Below are positions 9,931 through 17,816 of a DNA stretch of 32,031 bases, in pieces (the stretch's first letter is position 1; each line of letters begins with the position of its first letter). Below the pieces are notes generated by a model. That model was not told where the DNA came from. It saw nothing but the letters and a program-made list of their open reading frames with translations, and made no database searches. This DNA comes from Candidatus Magasanikiibacteriota bacterium (lineage in GTDB: Bacteria; Patescibacteriota; Patescibacteriia; Magasanikbacterales; 2-02-FULL-50-9b): positions 1-32,031 of the forward strand of contig JAPLWO010000064.1 of NCBI GenBank assembly GCA_026396555.1, written 5' to 3'. The position numbers and the translations under genes were made by a program.

Positions 9931-10371
9931 TTAAAACATCAAAGTCATGATAAGACTTGAAATAATCAACTTCACGAGCCATCCGAAAATCTGTGCGCGT
10001 GTGACCTGTCGTGGATATTTCAAAAATAATTGTTGTGTTGCGTATACAGGAACGGGACCAATCAGCCACAATGTTACGCCGAGTACAATTCCGCGTGTTA
10101 CCGAATTTTCAAACACAATTCCCGGGCGCATCACTAAATAAAAAATCAAAAACGAAATACAGTATCCGAGTGTAATGAACAGTGATGTGCGGACGACGCG
10201 TTTTTGTGTTGCAACCGCATCATTACTTTCCATGGGTCGCCAAATTTCAGGCGCAAGCGCATAAAATTTTTGTACCCATTTCGCACCGCTGAAAAACCAG
10301 TCAACAAGCAACGAACTTGCGAACATGAGTAGCAGAGAACCTATGAAACGGACGAGTAATAATGTCCACAT
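9931..10371 (-). CDS. Small integral membrane protein (about 4 TM helices), first gene of the orphan operon
   Basis: 146-aa ORF starting at ATG 10371. It has four hydrophobic segments (LLLVRFIGSLLLMFASSLLV, SLFITLGYCISFLIFYLV, GIVLGVTLWLIGPVPV, IFGWLVKLIISSLIMTLMF). The -10 hexamer of TGcTATAAT ends 11 nt upstream of the ATG. Confidence 0.7.
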   Translation of the reverse strand: MWTLLLVRFIGSLLLMFASSLLVDWFFSGAKWVQKFYALAPEIWRPMESNDAVATQKRVVRTSLFITLGYCISFLIFYLVMRPGIVFENSVTRGIVLGVTLWLIGPVPVYATQQLFLKYPRQVTRAQIFGWLVKLIISSLIMTLMF

Positions 10372-10382
10372 AAGACGAAATA

Positions 10383-10391
10383 ATTATAGCA
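10383..10391 (-). promoter_or_regulatory. Extended -10 promoter element (TGcTATAAT) for the 10371..3584 operon
   Basis: The minus strand reads gTGcTATAATtatttcgtcttATG. No Shine-Dalgarno motif is present and the predicted leader is only a few nt long. Confidence 0.5.
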
Positions 10392-10406
10392 CAAGTTTTG
10401 TCTGCA

Positions 10407-10415
10407 TGATAGAAT
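10407..10415 (+). promoter_or_regulatory. Extended -10-like element (TGaTAGAAT), candidate promoter for the tsaE leader
   Basis: It sits back-to-back with the divergent operon promoter, with the two -10 elements about 19 bp apart. The -35 is weak. Confidence 0.35.
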
Positions 10416-10556
10416 GAGAAACGACACCCGCGGTGCGATAACATAGTGGAATATTTGTACACACTCCTCTCGCTCGAGAGGACAGCAACTCGCTTCGGAA
10501 TGCGCACAAATATTCCAGTACCTCACCAAAACGCGGGTGTTGGTCACCAAACTTTT
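10416..10556 (+). promoter_or_regulatory. Highly structured 5' leader or candidate ncRNA upstream of tsaE
   Basis: Nested perfect helices: 10423-10432 pairs with 10532-10541 (10 bp including one GU); 10447-10458 pairs with 10506-10517 (12 bp perfect); and there is an apical hairpin at 10465-10470/10477-10482. Confidence 0.4.
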
Positions 10557-10991
10557 ATGCAAACAAAAATAGAACTGAAATCAATAGAAGATACGGAGAA
10601 GTTGGCAAACAAAATCGCGAGCGAAATTTTTGGTGGACAGATTTTGGCGCTCGAAGGTCCGGTGGGCGCGGGTAAAACAACTTTTGTAAAAGCACTCGCA
10701 AAAGAATTGGGTATTACTGAGACCGTTGTCTCGCCGACATATACCCTACTTCAACCTTACGAATTACCGAATTCTGTTAACGGCGTGAATACACTTATCC
10801 ACATTGATGCATATCGCCTCGAATCCGCAGAAGATTTGCGCGCGATTGGTGTCGAAGATTTTTTAAATGATTTTTCTGCGCTCGTCATCATCGAATGGCC
10901 AGAAAATTGTGCAGAAATTTTTGAAAATCGAAAAGTAACTTTTTTAAAATTCGAAATCATCGGCGAAAAAAGAACAGCCACGATCCAATAA
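10557..10991 (+). CDS. tsaE: tRNA t6A37 biosynthesis ATPase TsaE
   Basis: Starting from ATG 10557, the product MQTKIELKSIEDTEKLANKIA...LEGPVGAGKTTFVKALAKELGI...SPTYTL...IHIDAYR has typical TsaE length (144 aa) and P-loop. The GTG 10446 extension in the track covers the structured leader and looks non-coding. Confidence 0.88.
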   Translation: MQTKIELKSIEDTEKLANKIASEIFGGQILALEGPVGAGKTTFVKALAKELGITETVVSPTYTLLQPYELPNSVNGVNTLIHIDAYRLESAEDLRAIGVEDFLNDFSALVIIEWPENCAEIFENRKVTFLKFEIIGEKRTATIQ

Positions 10992-11072
10992 ATCCAACAA
11001 CGGCGAAAGAGACTGCGCACAAGTATTCGTGTGCAACTTTACGTTGCACATAACGAATACGCGGAGGAACAA

Positions 11073-11100
11073 GTAGGGCCTGGCTTGCGCCAGGCCCTAC
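11073..11100. terminator. Perfect 12-bp GC-rich hairpin between convergent tsaE and typA
   Basis: The sequence is gtagggcctggc-ttgc-gccaggccctac. A second imperfect hairpin lies at 11023-11060. The U-tracts are weak on both strands. Confidence 0.55.
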
Positions 11101-11130
11101 GGTCTCTTGAGTCGTTATTGGATTGAATTT

Positions 11131-12933
11131 TTATCGTCCGTTTTTCTTTCGGTCATTCGGGCTGAGCCACTGTTTTCTTACGCGAATAAATCCTGGAGTA
11201 ATTTCTACCCATTCGTCATCTCCGATATATTCAATCGCCTGTTCCAAGTTCATTGGTTTTGGTGGCGCGATTTGTGCAGCCTGATCAGCACCTGAAGAAC
11301 GCATGTTAGACAATTTCTTTTCTTTACAAACGTTTACTTCCAGATCTTCATCCTTTGCATTCTGACCAACTACCATGCCCTGATACACTTCAACAGCCGC
11401 GCCCACAAACAATGTGCCGCGTTCCTGTGCTGATTCAAGCGCGTATGTGGTTGTCACACCTGTTTCGTATGCAATCAAAGATCCATGTGAATTTGTCGTC
11501 AAGTTGTTCACCCATGGTACGAATCCATTAAACAGTGAGTTCAAAATACCGGTACCTTTCGTGTCAGTCAAAAATTCATTACGGTATCCAATCAAACCAC
11601 GTGTTGGAATCACGAAGTGCAAATGAGCCTGACCTTCGCGCACGCCATAATTTTTCATTTCACCGCGGCGTTTACCCAACTTTTCGATGACAGAACCTGC
11701 ATATTCTTCAGGAACTTCAACGAACACATCTTCTGCCGGTTCCATTTCAACACCATTTTCAGTGTGTGTAACCACCTGAGGACGCGTAACACAAAGTTCG
11801 TGGCCTTCGCGGCGCATCTTTTCAATCAAAATTGCCAAGTGCAATTCACCACGACCTGACACAACGAATGCATCTGCAGCTTCTGTGTCTTCGACGCGCA
11901 AAGCAACGTCAGTTTCGAGCTCTTTCTGTAAACGTTCGCGAAGCAAGCGTGAAGTATTTTTTGTGTTTCCTTCCTTGCCGTTAAACGGTGAATCATTCAC
12001 GCGGAACGTCATCTTAACCGTAGGCTGTTCGATTTCTAAAAGTGCGAGCTGCACTGGATTTGTTGGATCTGCGAGTGTATCACCGATTGAAACGTCTGCA
12101 ACACCTGCAACAGCAATGATATCACCTGCTTGTGCGCTTTCGATTTCAACTTTTTCCAAACCTTCAAACGCCATGAGCGCCGTAACTTTCTGCTTGGTCT
12201 GCACGCCTTCACGGTTAAAGTGCACGATCGTGTCACCTTTTTTAATGCGGCCGTTGAAAATACGACCAATACCGAGTTTGCCTTTATAGTTATCCATCTG
12301 CAATGTAACAACCAACATCTGGAGTGGCGCTTCTGGATCTCCTGCTGGAGGTGGAATTTCTTTGATCACGCAATCAAAAATTGGAGTGATGTCAGTCATT
12401 GATTCCAAATCTGCGGTGTAGCCTGCCTTGCCCGCGATTGCTGATGCGTAAATAACTGGAAAATCGAGTTGGCGATCAGTTGCACCCAAATCACTAAACA
12501 AATCAAATGTTGTGTCGAGCACAAATACTGGGCGCGCATCTTTCTTATCAATTTTGTTAATAACCACGATAACTTTGTGGCCGAGCTCGAGCGCTTTCTT
12601 CAACACAAATTTTGTCTGTGGCATCGGTCCTTCTTTTGCATCAACCAAAAGCAATACACCGTCAGCCATTTTTAACACACGTTCAACCTCACCACCGAAA
12701 TCAGCGTGGCCTGGAGTATCGATAATATTAATTTTTGTGTCACCGTAGTGAACAGACGCATTTTTTGAAAAAATGGTAATACCGCGTTCGCGTTCCAAAT
12801 CATTGTTATCCATCACACGCTCTGCAGGGCGTTCGTTACCAATTTTGGTATGAGTAAGTTTCAGCAAAGAATCCACGAGTGTGGTTTTGCCGTGGTCAAC
12901 GTGGGCGATAATTGCGATGTTGCGGATATCCAT
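11131..12933 (-). CDS. typA: Translational GTPase TypA/BipA
   Basis: 600 aa, starting at ATG 12933. G motifs present: AIIAHVDHGKTTLVD, DTPGHADFGGEVER, and NKIDK. Length and C-terminal domain are typical of BipA. Confidence 0.95.
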   Translation of the reverse strand: MDIRNIAIIAHVDHGKTTLVDSLLKLTHTKIGNERPAERVMDNNDLERERGITIFSKNASVHYGDTKINIIDTPGHADFGGEVERVLKMADGVLLLVDAKEGPMPQTKFVLKKALELGHKVIVVINKIDKKDARPVFVLDTTFDLFSDLGATDRQLDFPVIYASAIAGKAGYTADLESMTDITPIFDCVIKEIPPPAGDPEAPLQMLVVTLQMDNYKGKLGIGRIFNGRIKKGDTIVHFNREGVQTKQKVTALMAFEGLEKVEIESAQAGDIIAVAGVADVSIGDTLADPTNPVQLALLEIEQPTVKMTFRVNDSPFNGKEGNTKNTSRLLRERLQKELETDVALRVEDTEAADAFVVSGRGELHLAILIEKMRREGHELCVTRPQVVTHTENGVEMEPAEDVFVEVPEEYAGSVIEKLGKRRGEMKNYGVREGQAHLHFVIPTRGLIGYRNEFLTDTKGTGILNSLFNGFVPWVNNLTTNSHGSLIAYETGVTTTYALESAQERGTLFVGAAVEVYQGMVVGQNAKDEDLEVNVCKEKKLSNMRSSGADQAAQIAPPKPMNLEQAIEYIGDDEWVEITPGFIRVRKQWLSPNDRKKNGR

Positions 12934-13015
12934 AGATGCGATTTTAAACGGTTTTCAGATTGCAGAAGTGTAGCAGATATATCTAAATTAATCAAGTTTT
13001 GGGCCCAGCCACCGA

Positions 13016-13058
13016 TAAAAAATGAGCGCAGAACCCTCCGTTTGGGAGAATTCCGCGC
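13016..13058 (-). terminator. Intrinsic terminator after the 13080..13910 gene
   Basis: Imperfect hairpin gcgcagaaccctcc-gttt-gggagaattccgcgc, followed on the minus strand by tcaTTTTTT. Confidence 0.55.
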
Positions 13059-13079
13059 TGTTGACCTCTTTTTCCTACC

Positions 13080-13910
13080 TTAGATACTGTAAAAATCTCG
13101 TTCGTGTTCGCCCATTTCTGCGATATTCCCAAACCGGTCCTGCGCGGGGTCGATGATGTAAATTTGGCCCCATTCACTCGTAAACCGTACCCACGCATGG
13201 CTCATGCGATAAAACTTGCCGCGCTGGAGTGACACTTTTCCACCCATGTGGCCGTGTTCCTGCAACAACTCGACGAGTACTGCGTACAAACATACTTGGT
13301 GACGACACACGCCTGCACGAGCTCGGATGAACACGTCGAGCGTCAATTTCACGTCGTTCTTTGCGTTGTATTCAGCTACGAGCCGCTCCGCGCGGTGTTT
13401 ATCGAACGGCATTTCGTCTTGCACAAAACGCATGAGCAAAAACAGTTGTTCGCGCTGCATGATTCCGCGATTCATGCGCGCACGATGTTGCCACAAATAT
13501 TCTGCCATGAACCGCAACCGCAGCCACCGAAATTTTCGGTACAACCGCATAATTTCGCCTTCTGGCCGCGGATCAATGACGAGCGCCTCCCGTGGACTGT
13601 GGCCCATGTACACACTATCCGTAACCCGCGTGTCAAAACCAGCGATCCGCCGATCCAGATACACGCCGTAGGGGGCATCTGGGCAGTCGGCACTCGGCGG
13701 CGTATAATGCGGATTGTCGGCCAGACGGTTCATCAACACGCGTGTGTTGCGCATATCGCTTTTGCGCGGCGGATTGAGCATCGGACCGATGAGCGTATCA
13801 AAACTCGCGGTTTCGCGCGTCGCCAGGCCTTTCAGGTCGATAGGCGGCTCGTCAACGCGGGACAAATCAAGAGAAATGTGGTTAGGCTTTGTCGTTGAAT
13901 CAGTTTTCAT
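13080..13910 (-). CDS. Hypothetical protein with a transglutaminase-like / papain-fold Cys-His-Asp core
   Basis: The ATG at 13910 is preceded by GGAGGTG with a 5-nt spacer (ggaggtgttcATG), so the longer track start at 13955 is unlikely. The C-terminal motif string GVCRHQVCLYAVLVELL ... SHAWVRF ... YIIDPAQD matches the transglutaminase-like G-x-C / H-x-W / D-P pattern. G+C is higher than in neighbouring genes. Confidence 0.7.
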   Translation of the reverse strand: MKTDSTTKPNHISLDLSRVDEPPIDLKGLATRETASFDTLIGPMLNPPRKSDMRNTRVLMNRLADNPHYTPPSADCPDAPYGVYLDRRIAGFDTRVTDSVYMGHSPREALVIDPRPEGEIMRLYRKFRWLRLRFMAEYLWQHRARMNRGIMQREQLFLLMRFVQDEMPFDKHRAERLVAEYNAKNDVKLTLDVFIRARAGVCRHQVCLYAVLVELLQEHGHMGGKVSLQRGKFYRMSHAWVRFTSEWGQIYIIDPAQDRFGNIAEMGEHERDFYSI

Positions 13911-13926
13911 GAACACCTCCGAAAAA

Positions 13927-13955
13927 ACAGTAGCTGATTTTTTGTTTCGTGTCAA
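13927..13955 (-). promoter_or_regulatory. Sigma70-type promoter for the 13910 gene (TTGACA-17-TACTGT)
   Basis: The minus strand reads TTGACAcgaaacaaaaaatcagcTACTGTtttttcGGAGGtgttcATG. Confidence 0.5.
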
Positions 13956-13978
13956 TGAAGTAAAGGTTTTTCCAGACC

Positions 13979-14007
13979 TTGAAAAAAAGTTTATAAATTG
14001 CTAGAAT
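13979..14007 (+). promoter_or_regulatory. Sigma70-type promoter for tRNA-Glu (TTGAAA-17-TGcTAGAAT)
   Basis: The sequence is ttgaaa aaagtttataaattgc tagaat with a 17-nt spacer and an extended -10 TG. It predicts a leader of about 85-90 nt before the tRNA. Confidence 0.5.
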
Positions 14008-14100
14008 GTTTTTGCTTAGCGCCAGCTATTTGCTTTGCAAATAGTGTCGCCTGCGTTCGGAGTAAAGCTGGACGCACGCGCCCGCTTTAACTCCTCACTT

Positions 14101-14172
14101 GGCGCTATCGTCTATCGGTTAGGACATTAGATTCTCAATCTAAGAAGACGGGTTCGACTCCCGTTAGCGCTA
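14101..14172 (+). tRNA. tRNA-Glu (anticodon CUC), CCA not encoded
   Basis: Manual cloverleaf: acceptor GGCGCTA/TAGCGCT (G1-U72), D arm GTCT-ATCGGTTA-GGAC, anticodon stem TTAGA/TCTAA with loop TTCTCAA, T arm ACGGG-TTCGACT-CCCGT, 72 nt. Confidence 0.9.
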
Positions 14173-14173
14173 T

Positions 14174-14208
14174 AAAAATAATCCACTCTTCATGAGTGGA
14201 TTATTTTT
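14174..14208. terminator. Intrinsic terminator after tRNA-Glu
   Basis: 12-bp perfect stem aataatccactc-ttcat-gagtggattatt, flanked by an A-run and a T-run. Confidence 0.8.
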
Positions 14209-14340
14209 ATTCTGGCACAGTGAGCCGAGCGGGTTTGTGCGCGACCGAATACATGCAGGTCGCATCGCAGATTGACAATTTAGACGTTCGATGGTACCGT
14301 GCAACCAGAGCTCGATCGACAGAGCCCATAGGGAGTCCCC

Positions 14341-15057
14341 GTGTACAAACCGACATTAGTCATGAAGTTTCTGCAAGCGACCCCGGGAATTCCGGTTCCA
14401 CGCATTCGATGGTTTCTTGATGATGTACCACTTGGACCGCCCACGTACTCAATGCAACGCGCGCTTTCCGCTTTGGATGCAATGCCAGCGCCCATGCGCG
14501 AAGCACTAGGCATTACACAAAGTGTTATTGAGAACTACGCCGTGCAAGTCAAAGACCTAGCCACACAACATGGTTTGCCACCTAATCGTACAGAGGACGA
14601 TTTACGAAGCTTGAATATCGCAGCAATTTCAAACCTGGCTCGAGCGAAGCATCCAGGGAAGCACGTCAACAATCTCTACATCATGCTTGAGATGCACTAT
14701 GCGGCCTCCGACATTCCGGTCGTTATGTCCTGGTGCGGAAAAAGTTGTTGCCCATCAAATCCAACACCTGGGATTCCGTGTGTTCAGTTTGGAACGGTCC
14801 GCGATGGACTACTGAGTCTCGTCGGGCCACCACTCGCATCAACACGACTCTTCTACTTCATCATCGAACAGTCCGAACTGCACCCGGTGGAGCTCAATCA
14901 ATTTCGACTGCCTGAAACCGCGCGTCGGACGATCGAGGCGTCACTTACACCTGACATCGGCATTGCGTTTGAGAATCCGACCTATGACCTGCACGCGCTG
15001 AGGATCATTGAAAAGATGACGCACGTACAACTTGCAGAACTCTACTTCGCGACTTGA
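14341..15057 (+). CDS. Hypothetical protein (238 aa), GC-enriched orphan
   Basis: The GTG at 14341 is preceded by GGGAG with a 5-nt spacer; an alternative ATG lies at 14362. The gene is followed by a terminator. No recognisable motif. Confidence 0.55.
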   Translation: MYKPTLVMKFLQATPGIPVPRIRWFLDDVPLGPPTYSMQRALSALDAMPAPMREALGITQSVIENYAVQVKDLATQHGLPPNRTEDDLRSLNIAAISNLARAKHPGKHVNNLYIMLEMHYAASDIPVVMSWCGKSCCPSNPTPGIPCVQFGTVRDGLLSLVGPPLASTRLFYFIIEQSELHPVELNQFRLPETARRTIEASLTPDIGIAFENPTYDLHALRIIEKMTHVQLAELYFAT

Positions 15058-15074
15058 GCAAGTGACTTTTCATC

Positions 15075-15116
15075 TGCCCGCTTGGACTTCCGTAACGGAG
15101 TTCAGGCGGGTTTTTT
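15075..15116. terminator. Intrinsic terminator between the convergent 14341 gene and the EEP gene
   Basis: Long imperfect hairpin gcccgcttggacttccgt/aacggagttcaggcggg, followed by TTTTTT. Confidence 0.7.
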
Positions 15117-15127
15117 AAAACCAAAAA

Positions 15128-15913
15128 TTAAAATTCTAAAATCATCGGCAAATGATCTGAGATCGGCGCATCTGGTACTTCAAATTTTTTTACAGAGATT
15201 CCTGGCGACACAAATGTAAAGTCAGCATACTCCTGACGAAATACAAATTCAGGATGTAATTCTTTACATAAAGTTCCACGCGTCGATACAATTTTAAAAT
15301 CTTTTACCAAATCTTTATATCCCGCACGCTCAAACATTTTTACACTTTCGGTTTCAGGTAATAAATTAAAATCACCACAAATTATTTTTTCTCCCGACTG
15401 ATGGGCAAAGAAATCTAAAATTTTCTGGGACTGTGCAATTCTCTCCGGCGTATCAAATTTGTCACCAGGAAATGGCATGCCGTGCATGTTACAAATCATG
15501 AGTGGTGCGCCGTCAATCACGAGCTGCGTATACAAAAAACTATTTGGCTTAGATAAATTATCCTGCACTTCATAATCATTCGGCGAGCCCCATACAAAAA
15601 CGTCCCCCATTTTTTCAACCGAAAAACCTTTTTTTACAAACATTGCTTTTCCAAATGCAATTCGATCACTCACGTTGTGACATTCAAATAATTGCGTTCG
15701 TGTTGGTTTAAAAAATACGTTAAATTCAGGCAAAACCGCAGTTAATTCTTCCAATAAATTCGATCGCCACCCGCGTTCATTTTCAATCCCGTGGCGTCCA
15801 TCTAAAATTTCCTGAAAACAGAAAATATCAGTGGTCGCAGCTTCGCGCTGCACCCATTCCATGAGAGGTTCAAAAACTCTTCCACCAAACGTATTTAATG
15901 AAATCAATTTCAT
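15128..15913 (-). CDS. Endonuclease/exonuclease/phosphatase (EEP) family protein
   Basis: Starts at ATG 15913. Motifs present: FCFQE (metal-binding Glu), ICGDFNLLPE, and C-terminal ISDHLPMILEF. Confidence 0.85.
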   Translation of the reverse strand: MKLISLNTFGGRVFEPLMEWVQREAATTDIFCFQEILDGRHGIENERGWRSNLLEELTAVLPEFNVFFKPTRTQLFECHNVSDRIAFGKAMFVKKGFSVEKMGDVFVWGSPNDYEVQDNLSKPNSFLYTQLVIDGAPLMICNMHGMPFPGDKFDTPERIAQSQKILDFFAHQSGEKIICGDFNLLPETESVKMFERAGYKDLVKDFKIVSTRGTLCKELHPEFVFRQEYADFTFVSPGISVKKFEVPDAPISDHLPMILEF

Positions 15914-15916
15914 ATA

Positions 15917-17200
15917 TTATTTCCAACCCTTTCCCTGTCGTACTAATATTTTTTCTGCCTGAGCAGGATCTGCCATTAATAATTTTACGATTTTTTCACA
16001 TCGCGCACCCTGCGATCCTTTCACCAAAATAATATCCCCAACAGAAATTTTTTCTTTAAGAAATTCACCTGCCGCAACTGAATCATCAAACGAAAAAATC
16101 GCATTTAAATCCATGCCGCCAACCCGCGCTTCATCTGCAATAAATTTCGCTGCAGCACCAACGGTCACTAATATATCACAACCTGCCGCAATAACTACGC
16201 GTCCAATTTCTCGATGAGCTTGTTCAGATAATTCGCCAAGCTCCAACATGTCACCAAGCACCGCAATTCGTCGCCCATTCGAACTTACATGAATTTCCTT
16301 CAAAACATCAAGTGCAACTTTTGCCGCATTGGGCGACGCGTTGTATGTGTCATCAATCAAAATCGTTTTCTTAATTCCTGAAATGATTCGGAGACGACCG
16401 GGCGGCGTTTGAAATGCACTCAAACCCAATTGAATCTCTTCAATGTCCAACCCACACGCGCGACCAACTGCTGCGGCTGCCAACGCCGCATACACACATG
16501 GCCGTCCAAGCACACCCTGAACAAACAAAGACACATCCTGTCCAAAAGTTTTTATGGTTGCCTGAGTTCCAATCGGCGCACCCTCACCATCATATTTAAT
16601 TGCAGCTTCAACGCCCCGAACCGTCGCAGATTCATTAAATCCAAATCCAATAATCGGCGCGCGAATTTCATCGATAATTCCGTGCACATTTTCGTCATCA
16701 ACATTCACCACCGCATTTTTATCTGTCCCTAATTCTGTCAAAACTAATTTTTTCTCAGCCAACACACCCGCAACCGATTTAAAAAATTCTGTGTGCGCTG
16801 CAGCAACGGCTGTCACCACGCCGACATCAAGTGGTGCGATTGATAATAAATGTGCGATATCACCCGGATGATCGGCACCCAATTCCAACACTAATAATTC
16901 TGGATAATTTTTATCGCGCCACAGAAGCAACCGCAGCGCGCGCGCAAACGCTCCGAGCCACAAAAAAATATTCGATCCCGGCGCACCAACTCCAATAATC
17001 GTAATCGGCACGCCCAATTCATTATTATAATTTTTATCTGAACCGCGAACGCGGAATCGCGAACTCAAAACCGCAACGCACGCCGCGCGCGTCGTTGTTT
17101 TTCCAACAGATCCGGTAATACCAACAATGCGCGGCTGATATTTTTTCACAATCGCGCGCGCAAGTATTCCGAGGAATTGTGTGAGCGCGCGAAGTACCAT
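15917..17200 (-). CDS. murF: UDP-N-acetylmuramoyl-tripeptide--D-alanyl-D-alanine ligase
   Basis: P-loop GITGSVGKTTT, plus LIDDTYNASPNA and ILVKGSQG C-terminal Mur-ligase motifs. Lies 3 nt upstream of the EEP gene. Confidence 0.9.
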   Translation of the reverse strand: MVLRALTQFLGILARAIVKKYQPRIVGITGSVGKTTTRAACVAVLSSRFRVRGSDKNYNNELGVPITIIGVGAPGSNIFLWLGAFARALRLLLWRDKNYPELLVLELGADHPGDIAHLLSIAPLDVGVVTAVAAAHTEFFKSVAGVLAEKKLVLTELGTDKNAVVNVDDENVHGIIDEIRAPIIGFGFNESATVRGVEAAIKYDGEGAPIGTQATIKTFGQDVSLFVQGVLGRPCVYAALAAAAVGRACGLDIEEIQLGLSAFQTPPGRLRIISGIKKTILIDDTYNASPNAAKVALDVLKEIHVSSNGRRIAVLGDMLELGELSEQAHREIGRVVIAAGCDILVTVGAAAKFIADEARVGGMDLNAIFSFDDSVAAGEFLKEKISVGDIILVKGSQGARCEKIVKLLMADPAQAEKILVRQGKGWK

Positions 17201-17201
17201 A

Positions 17202-17804
17202 TTAAAATGGAAGTGTTAAATTCATTCCCGTTCCAGCCGGTGCACCTTCTGCATCTGCCACCACACGTTCCACTCCAAATTTAACTGGAATTGGTTTCAT
17301 ACCACCCGCAACTTCTGGATAAAAAATCTGCTTGTGCGTTTTTCCGTATTCGTATACATCGCGCGTGATTCGAACGTCGTCCTCACAATATTTTTCAATT
17401 TTATCCCACTCACCCGCCTTAAACCATTCAACCGCCTGCAAACCGTGGCCAGATTTTTGCGTTCCGAGTGTTGCTTTCGCAATATCATCGAGCTTTGGAC
17501 GAAACCCCGCAGAGCGACGAATCTCTTCAAGCAAATCGAGATGTGGAATTTTTGATAAATCACCGGTGTAATAATTTTGCAACACCGGTACATCAAAAAA
17601 TTTCGAGTTATATCCGATGAGCCGTTCCGCACGTTCTAAAATCGGCCACAAATCTTTCAAATTTTCTTCACGAAATGTATGGAACGAATCATCCTCATAA
17701 CAATACACAACAACCACCGAGACTTTTAAGCCACGATGATTACCTGCACCAACTTCTTCAAACGTATTCTGTGTTTCAATGTCAAAGACCACTTCGCGCG
17801 ACAT
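17202..17804 (-). CDS. DEDD-type 3'-5' exonuclease (RNase H-like fold, PolB-exonuclease-related)
   Basis: Acidic motifs present: VVFDIETQN, YNSKFFDVPVL, and YCEDDVRITRDVY. The stop lies 1 nt before the murF ATG. Confidence 0.75.
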   Translation of the reverse strand: MSREVVFDIETQNTFEEVGAGNHRGLKVSVVVVYCYEDDSFHTFREENLKDLWPILERAERLIGYNSKFFDVPVLQNYYTGDLSKIPHLDLLEEIRRSAGFRPKLDDIAKATLGTQKSGHGLQAVEWFKAGEWDKIEKYCEDDVRITRDVYEYGKTHKQIFYPEVAGGMKPIPVKFGVERVVADAEGAPAGTGMNLTLPF

Positions 17805-17816
17805 ACATCGAAGCGC

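Noticed and set aside
10446-10556. GTG-initiated 37-codon N-terminal extension of tsaE
   Set aside because: TsaE family proteins begin about 25-30 residues before the P-loop, which matches ATG 10557. The extension coincides with the nested RNA helices.
13248-13898. 216-aa ORF on the + strand, antisense to the transglutaminase-like gene
   Set aside because: It is Arg/His/Cys-rich with no motif. Long antisense ORFs are expected in GC-enriched genes. The minus-strand frame has the Cys-His-Asp motif string, a strong SD and a terminator.
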